A DNA stretch of 64,000 nucleotides from contig CM075995.1 of assembly GCA_038087875.1 (NCBI GenBank), positions 3,040,001 to 3,104,000 on the forward strand, given 5' to 3'. Origin of the DNA: Malacoraja senta. Taxonomy: Eukaryota. Within the stretch, counting starts at the first letter, position 1, and every line of letters starts with the position of its first letter. The translations under genes and the position numbers were made by a program. Of this stretch, positions 49,076 through 61,117 are shown piece after piece. The notes below the pieces were generated by a model. The model worked only from the letters and a program-made list of their open reading frames with translations. It had not been told where the DNA came from and did no database searches.

Positions 49076-50827
49076 CTTACAATACAATACAATAGTACTT
49101 TATCAGTCAAGTATGTTTTGCAACGTACAAGGAATTTCATTTGCCAAGTCAGTCTTTTCATACAAATGAAAAGCAACGGAACACACAAAACACATTTTAA
49201 CATGAACATCCACTGCAGTGACTCCTCCACATTCCTCACTGTGATGGAAGGCCAAAAAAAGTCAATCTCTTCGCTTCTTTGTTCTCCTGCGGTTGGGGGC
49301 CTCGAGCCTTCCATTGACGGGACCATCTTTACGCCCATAGCCGATGGCATTGGGGCTCACCGCGTCGGGGCAATCAGCTTCTGCATCGGGATGTCAGTTG
49401 CCTCGTGCCGGCGATCTGCGGGTCGGAGCTGGTCGAACCTCTGCGTCGTTGAGGCTTGTAACCAGACCTGCACGCAATACGCCAAATACTGCAAATACTC
49501 CAAAACTGCGGCCTAACCAAAATCCTTTGGATGTGCTTCATGACTTCCTGTATCTTTGTTTTGGTTGCTTATCTAATATTCTTTAATTAGAAGCATTAGT
49601 GCACAAACTTATTTAGTAAATAGCATCGTTTTTCAGGGCTCCGTCTTGACAATTGGGATCAGTGTATTAGCGTTGCAGATTCTGGAGGAGGGGAGAATCC
49701 ATTTGCTCTGTTTATACCAAGAATACTAGATTGCAGTAATTTGGTATGAGTATAGATTTGATCGATTGCTTTACTGTTAATTATGTTGGTGTCTGCCCAT
49801 TTTCGGCGTGGAATAAGAAAGCAGCAACAATACACTGAGTGAAAGGAGTAGCAGATTCTCGCTTGAGGAGGTTACCGGGGCTGTCATATTGGAGAGATAT
49901 ATTAAATAGCAAGCTATGGGGGAGGATTGTTCTACACCTCATCACACTGCAAGCCGAGGAGATTTTCACAGCGGTGAGCTGCAAGGCAGTTCAAAGAAAT
50001 ATTAAGAGATCCGAGGAACTGCCGATGCTAGTCTGCACAAAAAAAGACACAAATTGCTGGTGTAACTCAACGGGTCAGGAGGCATCTGTGGAGAGTTCAG
50101 TATGGAGTTGGCTGTACGGAGTTTGTACATTCTCCCTGTGGTTTTCCCCGGGTGCTCCGATTTCCTCCCACATTCCAAAGACGTGCAGGTTTGTAGGTTA
50201 ATCGGTTTCGGTAAAATTGTAAACTATTCCTAGTGTGTAGGACAGTGCTAATGTACGGGGTGATCGCTGGTCGGCACGGACTCACTGGCCGAAGGACCTG
50301 TTCCCGCGCTGCGAACTAAAGTAAACACTCTGTTTTGAGGTACAGACACTGGAAAAAGTACAGTGTTTATTACATTTCCTGTCAGGGTGAGAGCAATAGT
50401 TCTCCCACGCCTTTGACAGCTCCACTCTCCCTTCAGCAGCCGACCTTGTTCTCCCATTCACTAATCTCTCAATGTCAAGCAAGGTGATCTGATCTGACTA
50501 CTGTTTTGTCACTGAGCAGGCTGGCTTTGACCTTGGATTGGCGGGTTTAATATCACCACTGAAATGTCCAAGATATGAGACGATGAAGCCAGGTCACAGT
50601 AAAATGATCACGCTGACATCACCATTTTGCAATGTGCAACCACTGCCATTTTGATGCAAGCTCACTTGGCTCTCTCTTGCGGACCAGTTAAACTTCCACT
50701 GATTTGCGGTTAGTTTAGTTTAGTTTAATTTAGAGATGCAGCGCAGAAACAGGCCCTTTGGCCCACCTAGTCCGTGCCAACCAGCGATCCCCGCAATCTT
50801 ATACTATCCTACACACACTAGGGACAA

Positions 50828-53255
50828 TTTTACTTCGGAGTCACGTGAGTGACTACGTGAAGAAGCCCGCCAGCCCGCATGCGTGTCATTACGTCTAACG
50901 CATGGCGCACGACTGGCTGGCAGGCGCGTCGCTCCTCCAGCGGTAAGTTTCAAAATCCTGCAGGTAAGTTTTCTAACTTAATTTCAGGTTGTGCTTTTTC
51001 CTTGCAGGAAGCTCTTTTACAGAGTTCCTGCTGGATGACATTCCGGGGTCGAAACCCGGCTACGGAGACCGCGGAGAATCCCGGCTCCGTGGGGAAACCC
51101 GGCTCGGGGAAACCCGGCTAGGGAGATCACGGGCAATCCCGGCTCCGCGGGGAAACCTGGCTCGGGGAAACCCGGCTACGGAGACCGCGGGGAATCCAGG
51201 CTCCGCGGGGAGGCCCGGCTCGGGGAAACCCGGCTACGGAGACCGCGGGAGTGCGGGCAGCCTGCGGCGGTCGGATTCGCTACCCAAGTCGCTGACAGGG
51301 TGGTCAGCGACTCCAGACTCCGGCAGCCCCGAGAGGCTGTGCAGCCGAACGGAGTCCGAGAGGCCTGGACTGGGACAAGTCAGGCCAGGAGGGTTCCCCT
51401 CCATGGGTACGTCCTCGGACGTTTACCCAGGTGGAGCATGGATGCGTCAGCAGGGCGTTCATCCCACTGAGGTGATGCTCCACCCTGATATGGTCTGTGG
51501 AATGGGGCCATTTCAGCGCAAGTCTCGTCGGGGACCTGCAACAGCACCTGTTTCAGGGCTGCTTACAAATCTCCCTCTCTGTGGAAGGGAGTGCGAGGGG
51601 TCAGTGTGTGACTGACTCCAAACTGGGAAGTATGTCCGTGAAACATACTGGAGTACATGCGTGAGGTTCAAGAATTGTCTGTCATGGCATCAAGGGTTGC
51701 TATATCCTCGCAAACGGAGGTGCCGCTGCAAGAAGAGTTGGTTTCCAGCCTATGGCAGAAAACCCGGGGGGGGGCAGGGTTTCCCCTCACATTACAAGCT
51801 TGGTAAGCATCAGTGACCTCACGTCACGTCATTACAGGAACATACACCTGTAAATTGTGCATTCCTGAAGGTGCCGGCAGTGAACAGCGCTATCTGTGGA
51901 GACTATGCATGGCGAGGCCAGCAATTTCCAGCCGCCGAATCTTCTCCTTGGAGAAGACCTAGCCAAACAGGTAAAAAACCTGGATGAGGAAGCAAAGCTG
52001 TCGGACTAATCAAGGTACCAGCGACGAGCAAAGCTTCACCGTTTTGGTGACAAACACCCCTACGCCTCCATCGGCAGTAAGCGGTTCACTGAAGCTGGTG
52101 GCAGCTTGAAAGCTGATTCTCTGGGCAGAGGTCTTCAGGCCTAGGCCCAAGCCGGCCCTCATGGAAAATGTGCAATCCACGCACCCCAGCAGTCCTACCC
52201 TCCAAATCAAGGACGGGAATAGAACCCACATCAGGGGCCTTTGGGCTTACCGTAAGACCACCGGTAACCATGCAGGTACGTGGGTCTGGTTCTTTCCGAC
52301 ACATTGGTTGTGTGGATCAGTTACAAGTTGGTGAGATTACACTTGTTTTGAATGAAAGGCATTGGATAACATCAGATTCGTTTATACTGCACAGTATACA
52401 ATGTTTCCAAATTGAATTCAATTCATTGCTACCCACACAGCATACGCCAAACCGGACATTGTCCATTCACAACAGGAAGGTTTGGATGTACAAGCTGAAA
52501 ATCAAAAGTTATATACAAAAGGGGTAATTGAGAAGTCGAGTCTTGAACCAATTTGTTTATAATATATTTTGACTCGACTTAACTCGTTTTGTGCAGTATA
52601 GACATTTCAAAATGGGAAACTTTGTTACTGCCAAACGACTGGTTTCCATAGGGTGTTATATGGCATGCATCGATCTCAAAGATGCACACTATCTCGGTAC
52701 CCTTTCGCTGGGATCACCTGAGATATTTGAAATTTAGCTGGATGGGGCAACTGTGGCAGTTTAAAGCATTGCCTTTTGTGTACCTTCGATTTTCCAGCAT
52801 CTGCAGTTCCTTCTTTAACACTAAAGCATTGCCTAATGGGTTAACTTCAGCCCAGATTATTTACCAAATTATTGAAGCCAGTACTTGGGCTACTTCGAGC
52901 TCAAAATCATATTGTTATGGCATATTTGGATGATATCCTAATCATAAGGAAAACCCTGGAGTTGGCTAAATTAGCTGTTTCAGCCACTAAACACATGTTT
53001 GAGAGATTGTGGTTCTCATCCATCCAGTTAAATCAAAGTTGATACCATCCAGAATTATTGAGTATTTGGGATTTACCATTAACTCTATTTTACATGTCTG
53101 TGACTCTGCCTTGGGGCAAGAGATTAGAATTAATAGAAGCCTGTAACAATCTCGTTGTTATGGAGCAACCTTCTATTCGACAATTAACCAGAGTAATTGG
53201 CAAATTAGTGGCTGCTTTCCAGCTGCACAGCTTGGGTCTTTGCATTATCAGAATG
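50828..53255 (+). mobile_element. Decayed DIRS-like (tyrosine-recombinase) retrotransposon, 5' part; interrupts a SINE
   Basis: Starts ttttacttcggagtcacgtgagtgactacgtgaag; gag-like PVNCAFLKVPAVN; RT remnants IDLKDA, WQFKALP.NGLTSA, FTKLLKPV..MAYLDDILI (YLDD 52923-52934), IEYLGF; the YR domain is not seen in the window. Confidence 0.8.
52775..52821 (+). mobile_element. 47-bp insertion of the Penelope-module 3' end into the DIRS RT
   Basis: 13-bp TSD taaagcattgcct (52762-52774, 52822-52834); insert matches ~4799-4842. Confidence 0.9.
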
Positions 53256-53259
53256 AGCA

Positions 53260-54239
53260 AAGGAGCAAGCAAGCAGTTAAATTACAATCTGATTAGTACA
53301 ATCCGTATTTGGAAACAAATAAAACAAAATTTAAAATTAAGAAACTTATCACTTTTATTACCTATAGTCAATAACCCTTCGTTTAGTCCTTCTATTATAG
53401 ATAAAGCTTATACACAATGGGATAGACTAGGAATTAAAACGCTTGGTGACTTGTATGAAACTGGAAAATTACTTTCATTTCAACAATTACAAATAAAATA
53501 TAAACTCGGAAATAATCAATATTTTAAATACTTTCAAATATGCGACTATTTGAAAAAATATACAAAAGATCATCATAATAACCCAGCAGATGTACTGGAC
53601 GAGGCAATGCAGATAAAAGCGGAATCAGCAAACTTAATATCATATTTGTACAATATTATCTTAAATGCACAAATACCATCTACGGAGGGTATCAGAAGAG
53701 ACTGGGAACAAGAGTTAGCTATTAAAATTTCAAAGGAAAGTTGGAATGAATACTTATTAAAAGTGCATAAATGCTCGATTAATGTAAGACACACTTTAAT
53801 ACAATTTAAAATTTTACATAGATTATATTATTCGAAAACTAAAATTCATAAAATTTTCCCAAACGTATCATCTATTTGTGATAAATGTCAATCCCAAGAA
53901 GCAACTATAGCGCACTCATTTGTCTTCTGTACAAAAATTCAAAAATTTTGGAATTAAATTTTTGAAATCTTTACAAAGTTATTTAAAACAAGACTGATAC
54001 CCAAAGCAGAATGGATTATCTTCGGAATAACGGAAGATGATCCAGAACTAAATGTGTTTCAAAAGAAATTAATGGATTATGGGTTAATAACTGGAAAAAA
54101 GCTAATTCTAAAATTTTGGAAGAAGGCTCCAATACCAACTATAAATATGTGGATTTCAAATATGTTTGAAACATTACACCTTGAAGAGATAAGACTCCTC
54201 CTAGCAGGTAAACCAGATCACTTCCACCTGACGTGGTCT
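53260..54239 (+). mobile_element. L1-clade LINE ORF2 C-terminal fragment, running into the gap
   Basis: WDRLGIKTLGDLY..FKYFQI..QFKILHRLYYS..CDKCQSQEATIAHSFVFC (CCHC zinc knuckle); abrupt shift to AT-rich sequence. Confidence 0.85.
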
Positions 54240-54439
54240 NNNNNNNNNNNNNNNNNNNNNNNNNNNNNNNNNNNNNNNNNNNNNNNNNNNNNNNNNNNNN
54301 NNNNNNNNNNNNNNNNNNNNNNNNNNNNNNNNNNNNNNNNNNNNNNNNNNNNNNNNNNNNNNNNNNNNNNNNNNNNNNNNNNNNNNNNNNNNNNNNNNNN
54401 NNNNNNNNNNNNNNNNNNNNNNNNNNNNNNNNNNNNNNN
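54240..54439. other. Assembly gap (200 N)
   Basis: Run of N. Confidence 1.
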
Positions 54440-57400
54440 GGAGTCCAGAGCAGCAAAACATATATGAGAACTTTGCTTAGAGTGTGAAGCATCGAAATAG
54501 GATTCTTCAAGCCCCTTCTCAATTTCAAGTGAGTTTATTGTCATGTGTCATAGGACAATTTAAATTCTTGCTTTGCTTCAGCAAACAGAACATAGAAGGC
54601 ATTGACTACAAAACAGATCAGTGTGTCCATATATCATTATATAAATATATACACACATGAATAAATAAACTGATCAAGTGCAAATAACACATAATGGGCT
54701 ATTAATGTTCATAGTTAGTCCAAGCCAAGTTAATAGCCTGATGGCTGTGGGGAAGTAGCTATTCCTGAACCTGGTCGTTGCAGTCTTCAGGCTCCTGTAC
54801 CTTCTACCTGAAGGTAGCAGGGAGATGAGTGTGTGGCCAGATGGTGTGGGTCCTTGATGATACTGCCAGCCTTTTTGAGGCAGCGACTGCAATAGATCCC
54901 CTCGATGGAAGGGAGGTCAGAGCCGATGATGGACTGGGCAGTGTTTACTACTCTTTGTAGACTTTTCCTCTCCAGGCGCTCAAGATGCCGAACCAAGCCA
55001 CGATGCAACCGGGTCAGCATGCTCTCTACTGTGCACCTGTAGAAGTTAGAGAGAGTCCTCCTGGACAAACCGACTCTCCGTAATCTTCTCAGGAAGTAGA
55101 GGCGCTGATGTGCTTTCTTAATAGTAGCATCACGTGTTCTCGGACCAGGAAAGATCTTCAGAGATGTGCACGCCCAGGAAATATTAAAAGCTCTTGACCC
55201 TTTCAACCATCGACCCATTGATATAAACGGGACGGTGGGTCCTCAACCTACTCCTTCCAAAGTCTGCAATCAGTTCCTTGGTTTTGCTGGTGTTGAGGGC
55301 CAGGTTATTGTGCTGGCACCATATGGACAGTTGCTCGATCTCTCTTCTGTACTCTGACTTATCCCCATCAGTGATACGTCCCACCAACAGTGGTGTCGTC
55401 AGCACTATGTCCGGCTACGCAGTCATGAGTATAGAGTGAGTACAGCAGGGGCTGAGCACGCAGCCTTGAGGTGCTCCCGTGCTGATTGTTATCAAGGCTG
55501 ACATATTTCCACCAATACGAACAGACTGTGGTCTGAGAGTGAGGAAGTCGAGGATCCAATTGCAGAGGGATGCGCAGAGACCCAGTTCTGCGAGTTTGGT
55601 AACCAGCTTGGGAGGGGATGATTGTATAAATGCCAAGCTGTAATCGATGAATAACAGCCTGGCATATGAGTTTTTGTTGTCCAAGTGTCCAGAACGGAGT
55701 GGAGGGCCAGCGAGATCGCATCCACCGTTGATATGTTGTGGCGGTAAGCGAACTGCAGTGGGTCCAGGTTTTTGTCGAGGTAGGTGTTGATTTGCACTAT
55801 GATCAACCTCTCAAGCACTTCATCACCACAGGCGTTAGTGCCACAGGTCGATAGTCATTGAGGCACGTCACCTTGCTCTTCTTGGGCACTGGTATGATTG
55901 ATGCCTTTTGAAGCAGGTTGGGAACCTCAGACCTCAGAAGTGAGAGGTTGAAATGTCCGTAAAAACTCCAGCCAGTTGGTCGAACAGGTTTTAGAACACG
56001 ACCAGGTATACCATCAGGTCCAGGCACTTTTCGAGGGTTCACTCCTCTGAAGGATTTCCTGACGTCGGCCTCTGTGACTGAGACTAAACATACCATCACA
56101 GCGAATGGGAGCTCAGGAAAGGCACATCGGTGTTCTCCCTATCAAAAGCGTGCGTAAAACTCATTGAGCTCATCAGGGAGTGATGTTTCGCCGACATTCA
56201 AGCTGCCTCCTGATTTTGCCTTGTAGGAGGCGATTGCATTCTGGCCCCGCCACAGCTGCCGAACATCTGTCTCATCCTCCAGTTTGGAGCAGGTCCCTTT
56301 TGGCCTTTTTGATGGCCTTACCAGGGTCATATCTGGACTTCTTGTAGACCACTGTATCATCAGACATGAATGCCCAGTGTCTGGTCTTCAGAAGAGTGCG
56401 GATATCAAAGTTCATCCAAGTTTCTGATTGGGAAACACTCGGAAGGTTTTTGTAGGGATGCAGTCCTCCACACATTCTTCTTAATGAAGTCTGTAAACGA
56501 CTGTGGCATATTCGTTCAAGTCTGTTGCCGAGTCCTTGAACATTGCCCAGTCTACAGACTCCAAACAGTCATGTAGTTGTTCCTCTGCCCCACCCCCCCC
56601 CCCACCCCCGACCAGCTCTGCACTGTCCTCACCTCTGGGGGTGCGCTCTTTAATTGCTGCCTGTAGGCAGGAAGAAGCAGCACCGTGGTATGGTCGGATT
56701 TACCGAAGTGAGGCGGAGGGATAGAGCGATAGGCATCCTTGATGGTGGTGTAGCAGTGATCGAGGTGTTTGGTCCTCTGGTGCAGCTAGGAGACATGTTG
56801 GTGGAAGTTAGGGAGTGATTTCTTTAGGTTTGCCTTATTGAAGTCCCCAGCAATGGTGGTAAATGCCTCGGGGTAAGACGTCTGGTGTTTGTTGACCACA
56901 GCGTGCAGCTCCTCCAGTGCCAGACGGACGTCTGCCTGGTGTGGGATGTAGGCCGCGGTCAGGATGACGAAGGTGAATTCCCTCGGAAAGTAGAAGGGAC
57001 GACACTTCACCGCCAGATGTTCGAGGTGTGGAGAGCACGAGTTGGACAGGACTGCCACGTCTGAGCACCACGCAGTTGACCATGGCAGGCAACGCCCCCT
57101 CCTCTCCCTTTCCCAGATGCCAGTGTACGGTCTATACGGTGGATGGGAGAAGCCCTTCAGGCTGGACCGCTGAGTCTGGGGAGCTGAGGGTGAGCCATGT
57201 CTCGGTAAAACAGAACACAGAGCATTCCCTCAGCTCCCTTTGATAAAGCAGCCTTAAGTCCTCCACTTTATTTTCAAGGGACTATACGTTGGCCAGTAGG
57301 ATAGTAGGGAGAGGGGGCCGAAGTCCCCCGCGCTTCAGTCTGACCTGAAGTCCTGCCCACCGGCACGTTTCCGGACACAATGGAGCTTCCCTTTGTTTCC

Positions 57401-60400
57401 AGGTGCTGAGTCTACTGTACCTGCTGTTTTCTGCGGACCTGCGCTGGAACAGGGATTCCTTTCAAGACGGCAGCTCAGCTCCGTAACGAACGGGGGTACA
57501 TTCAAAGTCGGCAGCTCCAGCTTCATTGTTCTGGAGGATCCAGCTCGTCGGCTCTGGAGGTCCTCCCGTGGTTTCAAGGTGCCGTACCTGGGTTCCTCAA
57601 TCGGGAGCACAGCAGGTGGGAACGTTTAAAGTCCGGGGCTCCCGCAGCTGCGGGAGAATCGTGAAATTGCGAGAGCCTTGAGGTGCTCAAGCAGCTTGTC
57701 TGCAACGGCGCCGTTTCTGCCGTTTTCCTGATCCAGGTGAGTTGATTGAAGTTGTATCTAAGTCTTTTAGGGGTCTGGTTCTCCACAAACGTCGCCGCAG
57801 GCAGGCGCCATCTTGAGAGGGTACAAGATATTTATCTATCTGAGCAAGAATAGCCTACCTAAGCTCGTCTCATTTGCCCATATACAGCTACACCTTTCGT
57901 ATCCAAGCACCTGACCAAATATCTTTCACATGTTGTATTGTATCTGCCTCAACTACCTTCTCTGGCAGCTCAATCCATACGCTCACCACCCTCTGTGTGA
58001 AAAAGTTGCACCTTAGGGTACTGTTCATCGGGCGCCACAGTAAATGCAGCAGCGGAGCTGATCTTTCACAGCGCCAGTGACCCGGGCTCGATCTGACTAC
58101 GGGTGTTGTCTGTGCGGACTATGTACGTTCTCCCCATGACCACATGGGTTTTCTCCGGGTGCTCCCGTTCCTTCCACAGTCAAAGATCTGCAGGTTTGTA
58201 CGTTGATTGGAATCTGTATATTGACCCTGGTGTGCAGGATGTGAAAGTGGAATAACATGGAACTAGTCATAGAGTTGTACAGTGTGGAAACAGGCCCTTC
58301 GGCCCAAGTTGCGCAGACCAACCAACATGCCCCATCTACACTAGTCCCACCTGTCTACGTTTGGTCCCTCTAAACCTGTTCTATCCATGTACCTGTCTAA
58401 ATGTTTTGTAAGCGTTGTGATAGTACCAGCCTCAACTACCTCCTCTGGCAGCTTGTTCCATACACCTACGACTCTTTATATAAAAAAAGTTACCTCTTGG
58501 TTTCTTATTAATGTCTTTTCCCCTTTGCCTTAAACCAATGTCCTCTGGTTTTCGACTCCCATACTCCCTGCATTTACCAATCCTCTGACGTTCCGGAGAG
58601 AATGTTCCAAGTCTATCCAACCTTGCCTTGTAGCTGAGACACAGTAATCCAGTCAGCCGTTCAGGCAAACCTCCTCTGCACCCTCTCCAAAGCCCTCCAT
58701 CTACATCTGTCTTGTAATGGGGTCGGCAGAATGCCCACAATACTTCCTATATAGCCTAACTGAAGTCTTAAAGGCCTGTCTCACGAGTCTGCGGTCATTG
58801 GCGGCGAAACAGGAACTGTCTACCGCTCCTGGGCCGCCAGAGACCGCGGGCTCGGTCAAACGCACAATTCCGGGGCCGTGCAGCGTTGTTCCCAACACCG
58901 CACGGTGCTAAAAAAAAACAACACTGTCCAAAAATATGTTCCTACTGCACAGCCCGCCGCCAGTGAGGCACGAGTGCGGCACGGTCACTGCCACAGCCGC
59001 CGCCAGTGAGGCATGAGTGCGGCACGGTCACCGCCACAGCCGCCGCCCAATGAGGCACGAGCGCCGTGAGTCAAACCTGCACCGCCACAGCCGCCGACAG
59101 TGGGGTACCTGTGCGGCACGGCCGCCGCCACAGCCCCGCGATCCGAAAGACGTCATCAGCCGAAACCGCAAGCTCGTGGAACCGGACGTACTTAGCCCCC
59201 CGCACAGCATCCGTGCGGCGTTCTCGTGGTTGCCGTGCGGTCCCCTCTTCCGGCGACGCCGCGCTTCACCGCCAACGACCGCAAACCCGTGGGACAGAGC
59301 TTTTACAGAGCTTCTTCACGGCTTCCGATCATATTGTTATTTTATCGTAATGCAATCATATTGTAATTTTACAACAATTTGGTGTCATTGACAGGATCTA
59401 ACCAACATGTGGAAGGAAAAAGATCAGACTTCACGAGAAGCAGAGGGAGAGGGAGAAAATATAAATATTGGCTGCGCCACTGTGTCTTGTTGCCCAGTTA
59501 TTGATACAAATTGAGTTGCTTGAAGAGTGGAATTGCAATATAGTAAACACTGGGATGAAACTAAATGCATTTACGGATTGCTTCATGGAAGTGGACCTTT
59601 CGGTAATAAAGTCAGAGAAACATTCAGCATGAAACAGGCCCATTAGTCCAACTAGTCCATACCAACCAAGATGCCCCCCCCACCCCACTAAGTTAGTCCC
59701 ATTTGTATGCATTTGGCCCATATCCCTCTAAAGCTTTCCTATCCAAGTACCTGTCCAAATATATTTTAAATGTTGTTATTGTACCTGAAATAATTGCCTA
59801 TTCTGGCAGCTCTTTCTAGATACCTATCACTCTCAGTGTGGAAAGTAATCACGAGGAAGGTGTAACTCAAGTTGCTTGGCTATTACTTTCTGCAGTTCAG
59901 GGGTTATGAAAAGAAAAAGATGCATTAAAAGCTGAAATTCAGGTATGGGTGGAGGAAAAGAAAATATTCAGCGGCATATTTCCACTGTTGCTTTAGCAGA
60001 GACAGAACAATCTGTCCATAGAGTGCAGAAAAAGGTGGAGGATAAAATGTCTAACTCGGCTTCAGAGTTCAGAGATACAGCGTGGAAATAGGCTCTTCGG
60101 CCCACCAAGACTGCAACAACTAACAATCATCCCATACACCAACACTATCGTACACAATACGGACAGTTTGCAATTTTATTGAAGCCAATTAACCTATAAA
60201 CCTGTACGTCTTTGGAGTGTGGGAGGAAACCGGAGCACCTGGAGAAAACCCGAGGGAGAACGTAGAAACTCTGTACATATAACCATATAACCATATAACC
60301 ATATAACAATTACAGCATGGAAACAGGCCATCTCGACCCTTCAAGTCCATGCCGAACACTATTTATCCCCTAGTCCCATCTACCTGCACTCAGACCATAA

Positions 60401-61038
60401 CCCTCCATTCCTTTCTCGTCCATATACCCATCCAATCTATTTTTAAATTATAAAATCGAACCTGCCTCCACCACTTCCACTGGAGGCTCATTCCACACAG
60501 CTACCACTCTCTGAGTAAAGAAGTTCCCCCTAATGTTACCCCTAAACTTCTGTCCCTTAATTCTCAAGTCATGTCCTCTTGTTTGAATCTTCCCTACTCT
60601 CAATGGGAAAAGCTTATCCACGTCAACTCTGTCTATCCCTCTCATCATTTTAAAGACCTCTATCAAGTCCCCCCTTAACCTTCTGCGCTCCAAAGAATAA
60701 AGACCTAACTTGTTCAGCCTTTCTCTGTAACTTAGTTGCTGAAACCCAGGCAACATTCTCGTAAATCTCCTCTGTACTCTCTCTATTTTGTTGACATCCT
60801 TCCTATAATTAGGCGACCAAAATTGTACTCCATACTCCAGAATTGGCCTCACCAATGCCTTGTACAATTTTAACATTACATCCCAACTTCTATACTCAAT
60901 GCTCTGATTTATAAAGGCCAGCACACCAAAACTTTCTTTATGCGCAGCGCAGACAGGAAGTGGTCAAGATGAGACTTTTAGTTATATAGATATACAGATG
61001 CACATATACACATACTCAAAAACAAATGATAGTAGTGC

Positions 61039-61117
<79 letters not shown>

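Noticed and set aside
50989..51615. 208-aa Gly/Pro/Arg-rich ORF
   Set aside because: Built from GC-rich tandem repeats in the decayed DIRS 5'/gag region.
54054..54544. ORFs containing runs of X
   Set aside because: Artefacts of translating through the N gap.
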